From Camelus dromedarius (Eukaryota), in the NCBI RefSeq assembly GCF_036321535.1, contig NC_087438.1, forward strand, positions 3,350,001 to 3,414,000: DNA of 64,000 nucleotides, written 5' to 3'. Shown here in pieces: positions 37,891-49,989 of this stretch. The translations under genes were made by a program, and so were the position numbers. The notes beneath the pieces are model-generated. The model was not told where the DNA came from, did no database searches, and saw only the letters and a list, made by a program, of their open reading frames with translations. How positions within the stretch are numbered: the first letter of the stretch is position 1; the number at the start of each line of letters is the position of its first letter.

Positions 37891-39257
37891 GAAAAAGTAA
37901 ATCATCCCTTCTGAGTGAATGTTGTATAAATGCATCTACACACCTGCCTATGTCTTCGAGCTGCCGACCTTGCCTGAGAAACTTTTCCTCATTCTGAGCT
38001 CTCTTTTCACTCCCTGAAAACCCAGTCATTTCACCCTCCACTGGCCTGTGGTCTTTCTTCGTACGGTATAGCCCATGCACTCTTCAAATGTGACACAAGC
38101 TGGAGTTCTAGGAGATGGGACATCAAAAATAATATTAGAAGCCGCATATGTAATAGTTTAACGAACACAACAGCTAACCTAGAACGTGGAATGGCATATA
38201 ATTGAGTGTTCTCAGCCCAGTCTTCTGCAGTCATGAGGAAGAATTTCAAAAGGCTCTTGGCATATGTACTTTTAAAAAATCCCCAACACAATGGGAACTG
38301 AATGCAAATGTCTAGAAAACCCCACGCCTCACGTTGGACTGTAAAGTCTCTGTGACCCTGATCTTTTATCCAGGATGGAATTTCTCTGTTCAGAGCATCC
38401 TTGTGTTTGTAATCGGTACACGGAAAAGGTGACATCTCTGAAGTGTCCCCCCAGGGGGTCCACGTGGACACCAAGCCCTCAGAGGAGCCCTGCACCTCCT
38501 GCCCCCCAGGACTCAGACCTGGGAGCCAAAATCAAATCAGAGCCTTGCTCCGTGGAAGAGAAGGAGTGAAGAGGAGGCCTGAGAGAGTCAGTTCTGTGGC
38601 CTGCCCGGAGCATGGGTACCAAACAGGAACATCCAGGGACCAGCTGGAAGGACCACGAGAAGCCCGGATAATAGAAGAAGAAAGAGAAAGTGCCGGGTGG
38701 AGATGATGCTGCGCAAAGTCACAGAGCCGGGCCAAGGGGACCTGAAGGTGGGAAAGGCCGCACAGCTGCTCAAGGAGCAGCGGGGAAGGTTCCGGCAAGG
38801 CCAGGGGACGCCTGCGAGCCCGGCCTGGGCTGGAGGGAGAGAGCCCTCGGCACCTGGCCGGTCCCACAGGCATCCGGGCTTTCTGGTGGGGACACGTGCC
38901 TGTCACTTCTGTCTGGTTACTGTCGTCCCGCACTGCCCGGTGTGGCCAGGACCCCTCGCCCCCAGGAAAGGCTTCCTCCCACTGGACCCCAGAGAGAACT
39001 GTCCTTAGAAGGATGGCATTTGTGTGGGGAAGGAGCCGCCAGAGACAAGACCGCAGCCGGGGGCTGCACCTGCACGGGCCGCGCCAGGACCCGCTTCCAG
39101 ACGCGGCTTTCTGAAAGCGGCAGCTCTGCTGGATGGGATTGCGTAAACCCGGAGGGCACTCTTACCTTTCCTTAGTAGGCGGTTGTCTCCCAGCATCTCA
39201 GAACTTAACAGCCGGTCTGTCATCGTAGCAGCCTGGCCTTCCAGCATGCGAGCCTGA

Positions 39258-39270
39258 GTCTGTGTGTGCC

Positions 39271-39308
<38 letters not shown>

Positions 39309-39427
39309 TGTGTGCATGTGTCTGGGTGTCTGGGTGTGTGTGTGTTTGTCTGTCTGTGTCTGTCTGTGTGTCTGTGTGTCTGTGTCTGTCTGTGTGTCTG
39401 TGTCTGTGTCTGTCTGTGTCTGTGTGT

Positions 39428-39458
<31 letters not shown>

Positions 39459-39459
39459 C
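39258..39459. repeat. About 200-bp compound (TG)n/(TGTC)n/(TGTGTC)n microsatellite
   Basis: Direct reading; it explains the CV and HT-repeat ORFs in the track. Confidence 0.95.
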
Positions 39460-40151
39460 AGTGCACAGTTTCCCCGTTTCCCCCTAGCTCTCCCCTCTCC
39501 AGGCCCTGTCACACAGTAGGGATGTTCCCCTCTGATTTCCCTCTTTATCTTCTCCAGAGATGTGGTAAGTGTGCTTCTAGCTTGCCACTCTGCCTGATTT
39601 CCACATGGCTGTTTTATTTCTAACATTAAGTGTGGATTTAGGAGGAACGTGACAAGGGTGAGATCATGGGCTGCGTACAGCCTGGGCGCCCTCCTGGCCT
39701 GGTGTCTGCTCTGTTGAGGACTTGCTATTGGACAAAACCATAAACCGCAACCTCAGAACAAGTACCCCGGGAAAACCAGTAGTGATGCCAGAGGCCTGGT
39801 TCCACACACACAGATGCTCTCGCGGGCTGGGCGAGCCATGGAGAATATTTAGTGTCTTGTCTAAACGTCATCCGTCACACTCACGGGCGTGTTACTGCCT
39901 GGTCCTTCAAGGGGCAGCCTTGAGAAGATGCGGGCTTTCAACTCAGAGTGGCAGCAGCACCTTAGTCCTGTCTGACTGTGTGTCCTCATGCTGAATCCTG
40001 GCTGTCCCGCTTTCTCTCCCCACTGTCCCCTCGCTGCTCCACACTGATGGCACTTCACCACCACAGGAAGATCGTATTGTTTTTCTTCCTCTGCTCCTTA
40101 GAACTAGGCCAAATTCTCCACACTGGAGCTCATCAACCTGCAAGAATCATA

Positions 40152-40665
40152 CGTCACCTCGGAGCCTTTTCCAAAGCTCATCCTGCTGGCCACAGGACAG
40201 GCCAATAAATCGAGAGATGAGGTGTTGGGGACAAGGAATAGCAACTTTATTTGGAAAGCCAGCAGACCAATGAGATGGTGGACTAGTGTCCCAAAGAACC
40301 ATCTTCCCCAAGCTAGAATTCAGGCTTCTGATTATTAAAGTGGAGAGGGTGTGGCTGGTTGTTAAAAACTTCTTAGTGTTGGAATCCTTTGTTCTTGTGG
40401 CTGCCCAGGTAGGTCTGGTCACAATGTACCTATAAAACTCCAACAGGACAATTGTTATTGTCTGTTCTGCAACTTTTTAATGGAAAAGTGTTAATACCTT
40501 TAAAGGTCAGAGCCTTGAGGAGGGGCTCTCCAGTACATTTCAGGCTGCAGGCAACATTCTTTTACAGCAGGTGCAGCGCCAGCATGACTAAGCACAGGCG
40601 ACAGAGCACAGGGCTAGCGCGGAGGGAACAGATGCAGTACGGAGGCAGCTTTGTTCTCTGCTACA
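40152..40665 (-). mobile_element. ERV1-type solo LTR (left boundary approximate)
   Basis: acaggccaataaatcgagagatgaggtgttgggg...actttatttggaaag (AATAAA on minus strand); ends ...tctgctACA. Confidence 0.75.
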
Positions 40666-42399
40666 GAGTGATGACGAGTTTGAGTAGCTAAGTATTGTGC
40701 CTGAGCCTGGCCATGTCACACCTGGCTGGCCTTTTTTACAAACTGGTAAAGCTGAGAAAAGACACCACACCAAAAACGGCTGCCTGGGCCCCAGGCCTGT
40801 GTCCCTCCTCAGTTCCCCCACCCTTTCCTCTTGCTCTGTGCTCCACCTGGTCACCCTCCCTCCTGATCATTCGCACAATCCATGTGCTCTTAGCAGGTTA
40901 AGAGGCAACTCTGACACAGAGGGACCAATAGCTGCCTTCCACCGAGCTTTCCTCAAATGGACTTGGTCACAGATTCCTTCATCAAGAGACACCTGTGAGC
41001 AGGCCCAGCAACACACACTGGCAGCTCGGGGCCTGGAAGACTTTCTGGTGTGGAGTGAATCTTGGCTGCCAGTCACGAGGATTAAAAACCCCGACATGTT
41101 TTTTTTTAATCTGAGACAATCCTACACTGTATATGAAACAGTGGAAAGAGGACACATGACCAAGCTTGATCAGAGGAGGCTCGAAAGTCAAGTGCAAAGG
41201 CAGCCCAGGGACAAAAGCAGCACTGACATCAGGCAGCCCTGCCGCTGTGGTTGCCATGGCAACGCACAGGGACTCAGTCTTCATGTCATCTGGAGGCGGG
41301 GCGGGCCTTGGCCAGAAACGGCACAGCTTGAGTCAGGTGTGGTGCCCAAAGGAAGTGCACAGACGTGAAACAAGCAGGTGTTGACTGTCGATGTTCAGAC
41401 TGGAGCCCACGTCGCATCCTCACCACATGGAAAGGAAGTCAAACTGTAAATGTGGCGAGTTCTCCGTATGTCCTCATTTCTCAGTGTGTGGGCGGGGGCA
41501 GGGAGGGGCCCAAGGTACAGGTCCAGCAGAATGATTAATTACTAAGGACCCACTTAACATCAGAAAGGCCATTTCTAATCACTGTTCTTGGGAGGTTAGG
41601 ACACTATTCTCAGAAAGCTGGTAGTCTAGAGGCACAGAGGGGGCGGATAAACACCAAGAAAACCTCAGGGTTATAAACCCTGACCACATCCCTCTGGTCA
41701 GGTAGGTTCTTCCTGGACGCCCAGGGCCTGGGGTCTCAGCAGCAGCAGCCTCGTCCTCATCCAGGCCAGCCCAGCAACTCAGTCAACCGGACGGCAGCGC
41801 TGCCCGGAATCCCCATGGAGAGGCTGGTGCCAGCAGCACAGATGCTGTAGCAGGGTGACCAGGTCACAACTGTGGTGTCCCCTCACACCTCCGACTCCCA
41901 GTGTCCTCAACTGTGAAGTGGGGATCCTCACCCACCTCATCTACCGCGAAGACTGACTGCGATTAAACAGGCTGATGAAGGGAGCTGTCACCTGGACATT
42001 TATAATTAAATGTGGGGGGGGGGGGCTGCGGTCTTCCGCCACGTGGCCGGCTGTGAGCTTCTCTGGTCCACAGGTTGTTCCTCACCTGCCCAGGCACACG
42101 GCAAGGGGGCAGAGAACACACAAGCCACTCGTGGAAGGGCCTCCGAGGACAGAGAGGACTTGAAACTGTTGACTCTGCACCCCACGCGCACTCCGGCTCA
42201 GCCCTCTGGAGACAGCCGGCCGTGCTCCACAGCGCCCCATTCGATGGAAGAATTTCCCCAAATATAGGCGAAGGCCTAAGGTGAGAATCTGGTGCATCTT
42301 TAACCGGGAGCCTGGTTGAAGTCAAATTTCAACACAAAAGCCTCTGCTGTCCAACAGCCTCGAGGTTGCTGGCTTCCAGAGGTCGTGGGCAAGGCGGGG

Positions 42400-43400
42400 G
42401 TTCAGCAGTGCCGGGAGTGGGGGGGGGGGGGGGCCCGGACCCCGGAACTGCGCGTGCGCATCTCTGCCCCACCCGGTGAGCAGAGAGGCGGCAGCGCGGG
42501 CCGGGCGTGGCCAAGCAGGGCTGCTCCGGGCAGCGCGGGGCCATGTCATCCGTGTGTTTCCGTTTGTGTTCAAGTGCTGGCTTTGAACAAGATGCTTTTG
42601 CATTCTCACCTTGCAACATTTCGGTGCCTCAGGAAACGTCTTCCTGAGCCAGAGAGGCCGCGGTGCCCCCAGAGTTGGGAGCGTCTCTCTCACCACGTGG
42701 TGCGTGTGCCTGTGTGTCTACGCGGGGATCCCCCCACACACACCCCCCAGACCAGAGCACGGTCACCGTCGTCCGAGCGGCAGCACCCCCGCCACTCCCC
42801 GCGCCGGGATGAGCTAGTTTGTCCCAGCATCTTAGCCGCGCTCCCCGGAGCTCCGCCGCCCTCCCTGGCGTGACGGAGTCCACACGGATGAAACATCAAT
42901 CTTCCGTTGAAGGGAAGCTGAATTCCCAACGTGACCTACGGCCGAGGGGCTGCGGTGCTGCGTTCCGTGTTAGCCCGCAGCTACGCAGTGACGAGGGCGG
43001 TCACTGGAACGCTAGGGGGCCGCCGGGGGCAGCAGTAAGGGATGCGAAGCGTGAGCTATTAACCGAGGTGGAGAAGCGGGCGGGGAACGCAGGGCTGGGG
43101 GCGCCGTGTCCTCCAGCCAGAAGCAGGCCGGAGAGCTCCCACGACCCAGTGCGGTTCATCACGCGCAAGGGAGCGGCCGTCAGCTTCGCCGGATTTCCGT
43201 CCTACCCCGCAGTGCCCCTTCCTCGCGCCCACTCGCTGGATGGCGACACTGTGTTAAAACACCCGTGTGCAGATGGAAGCGGACGTTTCATGAACAGGCG
43301 CATCGCAGCCGTGATACCCCGAGGCCCAGCCAAGTAACAGCCGTTCAACCCAGCGACCCGATTACGGCAACGAACAGTAGGAAATGCGTCAAACCATACA
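42400..43400. other. CpG-rich, GC-rich patch
   Basis: CpG density visibly much higher than the flanks; O/E not computed. Confidence 0.65.
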
Positions 43401-43639
43401 GCGTTACCTACGTATGAAAGCTGGCAAAAATGAAGAAAAACATGTCGCTGTTCTTTCAGTCATTGGCTCAGGTTCAAAGGGTGACTATTAATTCCTTCTT
43501 ATATCATTCCAGGATAATGTAGTTTCCTTTGTTTCCTGAAATACCGACTCTTTCGTCATCCTCATCTCTCTCTTTGTGGATAACTAGGTGTCACTCTGGA
43601 ACTGAGTCAGTCTCCTCGCCTGGGAGTGACATACACAAC

Positions 43640-44010
43640 GGTCTATCACTATCTCTGTTCTTCGCAAAATTAGGTTTGGATTAAACAGGATTGATGTGTG
43701 TTTCTCCTTCATGAAAGAGGAGTCTGGGCAGGTGGGGGGGGGGGACCAGGAGTTGCACCGAATTTCAGAGGCTCCTGCCATCCTTGGACACAGCACACAG
43801 CATCGCCTCAGTGTCCAAGATCATCACTGGAGCTCCAGCCATTGCATCCACATTCCAACCAACAGGAAGGGGGCTGGGAGGAGCACACCTTTCCTAGAGG
43901 ACACTCCCTGGATCAAGGCCATGCCTCCTGTGCTGACATTCTGCCAGCCAGAGCTGCTCTTCTGACCTTGCCAAGCTTCAGATAAGACTGGGAAACGTAG
44001 TGGTGGCCAC
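43640..44010 (-). mobile_element. MLT1J/K-like old MaLR LTR
   Basis: tccaagat...ggagctccagccattgcatccacattccaaccaacaggaaggggg; agactgggaaacgtagt. Confidence 0.7.
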
Positions 44011-44669
44011 ACGTCCAAATGGAAATTAAAAATTGGCGTCCTATTACTCACAAAGAAGAAAAGACAATTTCAGCCACATGTGTTCTTCTTACAACAAGAG
44101 AAGAATATTCAAGGGATCACAGAGGTGATGTTGATCATGGGATTCAAGTTTCTTTTTCTGAGTCCCTAGAGCGAGGACTGGGTACCTGTTTCCTATCCTT
44201 CTGACACCTGAGCTATCTCTAAGAATGACATGCTTAGCGTGCATTGAAATCTCCCTTCTCCCGTGAGGGCTTCAGCCAAGTGCATTGTGAAAGTGCAACT
44301 AAGACTTCTGCCCAAAGGAGCAGTGTTATCCCCGAATGGATTAAGCTGTCTAGCCGCCCCTTATGAATCTCCTTTGGAAACAAGCTTCTCAACAAGTTCA
44401 TGAGAAAAACCAGAATCAAAAGCCCACGCCTTCAGATCCCAGGTTTTCCTCAGCCCTGGGGACCCCCGGAAGCTGGCAGGGTCACACGCTGCCTGCTGTA
44501 TGATGCAGTGAGTGGGGTGACCATCTGTGCGGCAGGCAGGGGTGCTGGGATGCTGAAGATGGCTTCCCTGCACTTGCCGCTTCTGACCGTCACCACTGAC
44601 AGGGGTGTGTCAAGGGCTGCACATCTTATGGATTATTTTTTTCTTGAGACTCTGAAAATAGACTTCTTA

Positions 44670-44800
44670 CCCCAGCCTCATTTTATAGGTAAGGAAATTG
44701 AGGCTGAGAGATGGTAAGTGACATGCCCCAGGCCATGCAGGTTGTAAGCCAGGGAGCTTGGGCAAGGTGACCCAAGAGCCACAGTCCTACCCCCATTCTA
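44670..44800 (-). mobile_element. MIR
   Basis: cctcattttataggtaaggaaattgaggctgagagatggtaagtgacatgccccaggcca. Confidence 0.85.
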
Positions 44801-44878
44801 GGCACAGTCCCTTGCAGTGCATGGTACCGCGAGGTGGGGCCTCGCACCATCTTTGAAATGTAGTTAAGCTAAAATACA

Positions 44879-45008
44879 TTTTTTAAATTGGAGAACAGTC
44901 AATTACAATGCGTCTCTCTCTGGTAGACAGCACAATATCCCAGTCGTGGATATACATACATATATTCATTTCATATTTTTTCCATTAAATTTTATTACAA
45001 GATATTGA
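44879..45008 (-). mobile_element. Short L1 3'UTR fragment
   Basis: cagtcaattacaatg...acagcac...catacatatattcatttcatatt...ttattacaagatattga. Confidence 0.7.
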
Positions 45009-45267
45009 GTTAATATATATAAAAATGGATTTAAAATGCATCTTTAAATAAGACGGCAGCAAGTGCTGAAGACTGTGCAAAATTCCCTGGAGACCTGGTC
45101 CAGCTGATTTATTGTGGCTTCTAACCAAATTCAGTTGCCGCTTTTCATTTGTATGGTTTTAAAGTGAATGGTGCATTTGTCAATATGACCATTACGTGCC
45201 TAGCTTCTCATCCGCTATCTCCCAGAGACAGATTTTTATGTTGAGAGTTTCAGCACTCACAAGTGGT

Positions 45268-45585
45268 TTTTTTTTTTTTTGGAGTTTTATTGACATATAA
45301 TTGACATATATCACTGTATAAATTTGAGCTGTGCAGCATAATGGTTTGACTTACATACACTGTGAAATGATATCACAGTAAATTCAGTTAGCATCCATCA
45401 TCTCATAGATACAAAAGAAAGGAACGGCAAAAAAAAAAAGTGTTGTCTTGTGATGAGAACTCAGGATTTATCCTCTTAACAACTTTAGTCTATATCATAC
45501 AGTGGTGTCAACGACACCATCATGCTGTGGACCGCATCCCTAGTGTTAATTCACCTTGCAGCTGGAAGTTGGTACTTTTCAACTG
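45268..45585 (-). mobile_element. L1MA-like 3' end
   Basis: T-tract, ttattgacatataattgacata, tgtgaaatgat, catccatcatctcatag, tgtgatgagaactcaggattta. Confidence 0.8.
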
Positions 45586-45884
45586 TCTTTCTTGGAGACG
45601 TCTGTACATATATATGCTAAAGTTTCCTTGATGTATAGTTTTCCAAACTAATTTTAGTAAGATTTCTACATATTTTCAATAGAATTCTACATAATTTCTA
45701 CAGAATATAATCATCAGAGAACACAGTAAATAAAGTGTAATGTAATTAATGGCCTTTGTCAGTTTGAATAGGAAGATATCTGAATACTTATTGTTCTGAT
45801 TTAAATTTCAACTTTTTCACGTCATAGACGTTGCCCGTCGGCTCCCAGCTGAGTTAGGTGTTGTTTCTCTAGGCTAGAATAATA

Positions 45885-46475
45885 CTCTAATGTGTTGTCT
45901 ATCTTAGAAAATGTTCTTTTTACACTTGAGAAGCATGTACTCAAGAAGAACGTGTGTTCTGCTGCTGTTGAGTGGAATGCTCTGTGTATATATGTGTAAA
46001 CACGTACAGTTGATTTGTCCATGGTGTTGTTCAAGTCCTCTGATTACTGGTCTTCTGTCTGGATGTTCCGTCCGTCATTGAAATGGGCTGTTGAAGTGTC
46101 CTGCTGTGGCCGAATTACTTTTTCCTCTTCAGTTCTGTCAGCGTTTGCTCATTTACCTGGGTGCTCTGATGATGAATGCAGACACACTTATAATTGTTAC
46201 AGGTCTCCGACGAATTGACACTTATTGTTACATGATGTCCTTCTTTGCCTCCTGTAACAGGTTTTGGCTTAAAGACTATTTTCTCAAGTCTGTTTTGCCT
46301 GATGTAAGTATAGCAATCCCTGCTCTCTTTTGGTTACTGTTTTTATGGAAGATCTTTTTCCATCCCATCACTTATAGCCTATGTGTGTCCTTAAATCCAA
46401 AGTGAGTCTCTTGCAGAAAGCCTATAGTGGGACCATTTTTCCCTCTGTATCTTTTGATTGGGGAGTTTAATCCTC
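45885..46475 (-). mobile_element. L1 ORF2 endonuclease-region fragment
   Basis: Minus frame gives FHSTAAEHTFF...FSKIDNTL; aagtctgttttgcctgatgtaagtatagcaatccctgctctcttttggttac. Confidence 0.85.
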
Positions 46476-48715
46476 ACGTGTGTCTTTTGTTGTGAGTGAC
46501 ATTAACTGATACCTGTGATTTCCTTGCTCATGGCACTGGGACCTGGGTCTGGGGGCTGCCCCCAGGCCAGCACGGCCCTCGCTGCTGTGAGTCATCTTCT
46601 TTGGCTAAAAGCTCTCAAAATCCACTGCTTCCTGAAAGCACCACTGAGCCCTGGGCCGAGGACAGCGGTGGGTGAGATTCCCCGCCCTCTCCCTCTCTTC
46701 CTTCCACCCATTCCTACACGAACCCCACCAGCTCTCCACCTGCCTTTTTTTTTCTGTTCCATTACTGATAAGGTCTGAGCTACACTTCTAGGGAAATGGT
46801 GATATAAAAATCCGTGGTAGACCTGGAGAACATGGCAGCTACCAATAGCATCACACCAAATCACTTCACAGTTTGTGGCACGGTGCAGTCTAACCCATAT
46901 CTCTTGTGGTTTTCACAGCCAGCAGAGCGAAACAGCAAAAAAAGGGGCTTGTTCTCGCGTGCCGGTTAGGGTGTCAGTCCAGAGCAGTTGTACGATTCAC
47001 ACTACCGCCTTCAGCTTTCAGTTCAGAGCTGCTGACTCACACCAGCTTGTCTTTACCCTACGGTTCACTCCATACAGGACACAGTGCTTTAGCTCATGAA
47101 CCTGACCTTCACTTTGCTTTATCAGCATGTCAGTTACTCATTGGGGCCCCACGAGGAAGTGGGAATATTTTCCCGAATGCTGCTGATGGTGTTTTTTTGA
47201 CTGAGTGAAAGTGATGAGTCCTTGAAGGTTTAATGACTGGAGGAGCAAATTCCAATTAAAATTATAAACGGTCTACATAAAGCCTGCATGAAGTTATGTA
47301 GAAACTCTTCACTGGTGGTTCCTGCCAGACCTGTGTGTGTTAGGAGTTAGACAGTGGGGTTTGGGAGTCCCAGATGCTGGGTTGACAATTCCCAAAAACC
47401 CAGATTTTGTTCCCTACTAAGTCTTGAGCAGGGTGTATCAGTGAATAATTGATATCCATACGGTGGGCTATTGTACAGGAATTTAAATGAATAAAATAGA
47501 TACACAAGTATGAATGCAGACTGCGTCAATAATAAAAAGTTGAGAGGTTAAGAGAAAAATGGTGGGCCTTGAAGTCACTTGATATAACAAATGAATGATG
47601 CAAGGTCTTCATTTTGTCAATTAGGGCATCTCAGAGGGTGAAACTCCTTAACGAAGACGTAAAACACAGTGGACACTGAGGGCCAGCTGACATCACAGAG
47701 ACATTCTAGACAGGCTAACACTCTGATCTGTAACGCCCCACAGAGCAGATGTGGAAATCAAAAGAGTGACAAGTATTCCCCATAAAGGACAGAGAGATTT
47801 ACACTATTACGAACGGTGACCCTTGTTCTAGAGTGATCCGGTAAGTCCCATGCCCGTCGCAGATGGCGGGGTGACCAGGACTAGGGTTGTGTGGAAAGCC
47901 ACATGAGTCCGGGGTGGAGGGAGTCCTGTCCCGGCGCCTGAGGAAGTCTGCTTGGTGGGGCCCCCACGGAAAGCCTGAGGTGCTTGAGGCACACCCCACG
48001 GCCTGTGGGCCCCTTAGCTGTCCCTCTCAGCACTGCGTCTGACACCACTTGTCACCATGTCACCTGGACTGACACTGGGATTCCACGAGCCCTGGGGTGT
48101 CCCAGCCCTGGGGACATGCAGGCTCCGTGGGTTCAGGTCGTGCAGGCTGTGCTCATGTTGAGAAGAATCCTCTAGACAGCAAGCATATTGTTTCCGTTCT
48201 TTCCAGCATGAGTATCTTCTAAAGGGCCCCTTTGGTGGCTACAACCTCCAAAAACCTTGAAATGTAAACCAGCCTCCAACTCTGACCTCCCTCAGTCCTG
48301 GGCTTAAGTGCGTGGATGTATGTGTGTATGTGCCTTCCCTTTTACTTACTTTCTGCCCCCTTTTCCAAGAAATTCTCCATAAAATCCTCACTCTATGTAC
48401 AGCAAGGATTCTTAATGGATGTACTTTTTGAGCCAAATTGTATTCTTTTACTTTTATTATTTTGCATTGTATGCTTTTTCATATTAAAAAAAATGCCCCC
48501 AAATGATGCTACAATTCATTCATCAAAGAGGGGCAGAAAACTCGGATTCAATTGTCCAGTAGCCACATGCCAACGTGAACTAAAAGCCCCATTTTCCTGG
48601 AGCCATCCGTTCAGAGCACTGACTGACCTCAGCAGATCCGTCAGCCCAGGTGCTCATTGGCCTCTTACGTGGGATCACATACCTCAGAGACATCTTCCTG
48701 ACAGTTGAGTCTTGA

Positions 48716-48734
48716 ACACACACACACACACACA
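48716..48734. repeat. (CA)n microsatellite
   Basis: Direct reading. Confidence 0.85.
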
Positions 48735-49179
48735 AAGATTCCTGCTTCCAAAGGAAATGTCTCCATCACGTGACTTCGATTTACTTGTAGGTAAATTGGA
48801 TTTTTAAAGATCACGCTAAATCTTCTCTCCGACTAGAACTTGCTTTGGAAAACTGAGTGGTCACCCTCCTTAAAACACAAGATCCTTCAAGTTCTATTTG
48901 TAAAGAATGTTCCAGTTTCCACGCCTTCTAGGCAAGGATCATATACTTGCTGCATCTCCTTGAGTAGCTAATCTGGAGAGGAAGAAAGGAAATGGAACCC
49001 AAGACCACCAGTTTTAGTATTTGCTCTCCATTTTCCTGTAAAAACATGAGCACGTCATGTGGTCTGTCCGAACCTCGATGTACGTATGAAGTTGGTAAAG
49101 CAGCTCCCTCACCCTCCCTGCGTGGCTGGTGTCAGACATGGCAGAGCCCCCGTGAGCTGTTTACAGTTGAATCTCGGCA

Positions 49180-49470
49180 TTTTAGCTTGGGTTTCCCCAG
49201 GAAACAGACTATAAGACAAGAGTTCAAATGCAAATGTTTACTTGTGAGCAGATCAAGGGAAAACCAGCAGACAAGTGTTTCAGGAATAGAGAGCAAAAGG
49301 ACGCAGGAGATGCTTGAGCCACAGTTACCAGAGGGGCCATGAAGCTTATCCCACGGAGAATTCTGGGAGTTAGAGAGCACAGAATTCCAAGTCTGCCCAC
49401 CCTGCCAGAGAAGGTCGGGGACTGGGCTGTCTACCCACCAGCTCTACCCATCCCTGCACAGGGATGTCCT
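49180..49470 (-). mobile_element. LTR16-like ERVL LTR remnant
   Basis: ttgggtttccccaggaaacagactataagacaagagttcaaatgcaaatgtttactt resembles recalled LTR16 consensus. Confidence 0.6.
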
Positions 49471-49989
49471 TCAACATGGCTGTTGGCCACCTTCTTGGCA
49501 TCACCCTTCACATTTCACCCAGGATGTTGGATGCACTTGAACCCCACACGTCAGCTTTGCTCTTACTGCTCCCATTTGCTAGACACACAACCTCAAATCT
49601 TTATCATTTTAGTCCAGACCAAGCACTTTGAATATGCTGTCCTGACAATTAATAGTTTACATTTTTTATATAAAGGCTTTAATATGTGCTGTCACACAAA
49701 CCAAGATTCAAAACACGTAACAGTCATGTACCCTGGTTGAAAATATAAAAGATTCAAAAAACAAATAATTGACAGATAATAAATGAGGTAAATCTCAAAG
49801 TTCTTACATGTAAGAGTATGAAACTGAAGAGAAAAACACATAAGGTGAAAGGGAATTAATCAAGTTCTTTCAGTTTCTAGCAGTATCACTATCATTTACT
49901 GCCTTGGCCTTGGCTCTGAGTGGGAAGCAATAATAAAAAGTTTTCATGGCACTCCCTTTTTGCTGTGCAGTTTGGAGGTGAGAGTTCAC

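Noticed and set aside
39005..39626. Long His/Thr and Cys/Val-rich ORFs
   Set aside because: These are translations of the microsatellite.
40697..41368. 223-aa ORF next to an LTR, possible retroviral gene
   Set aside because: No gag, pol or env motifs and no primer-binding site seen; the LTR looks solo.
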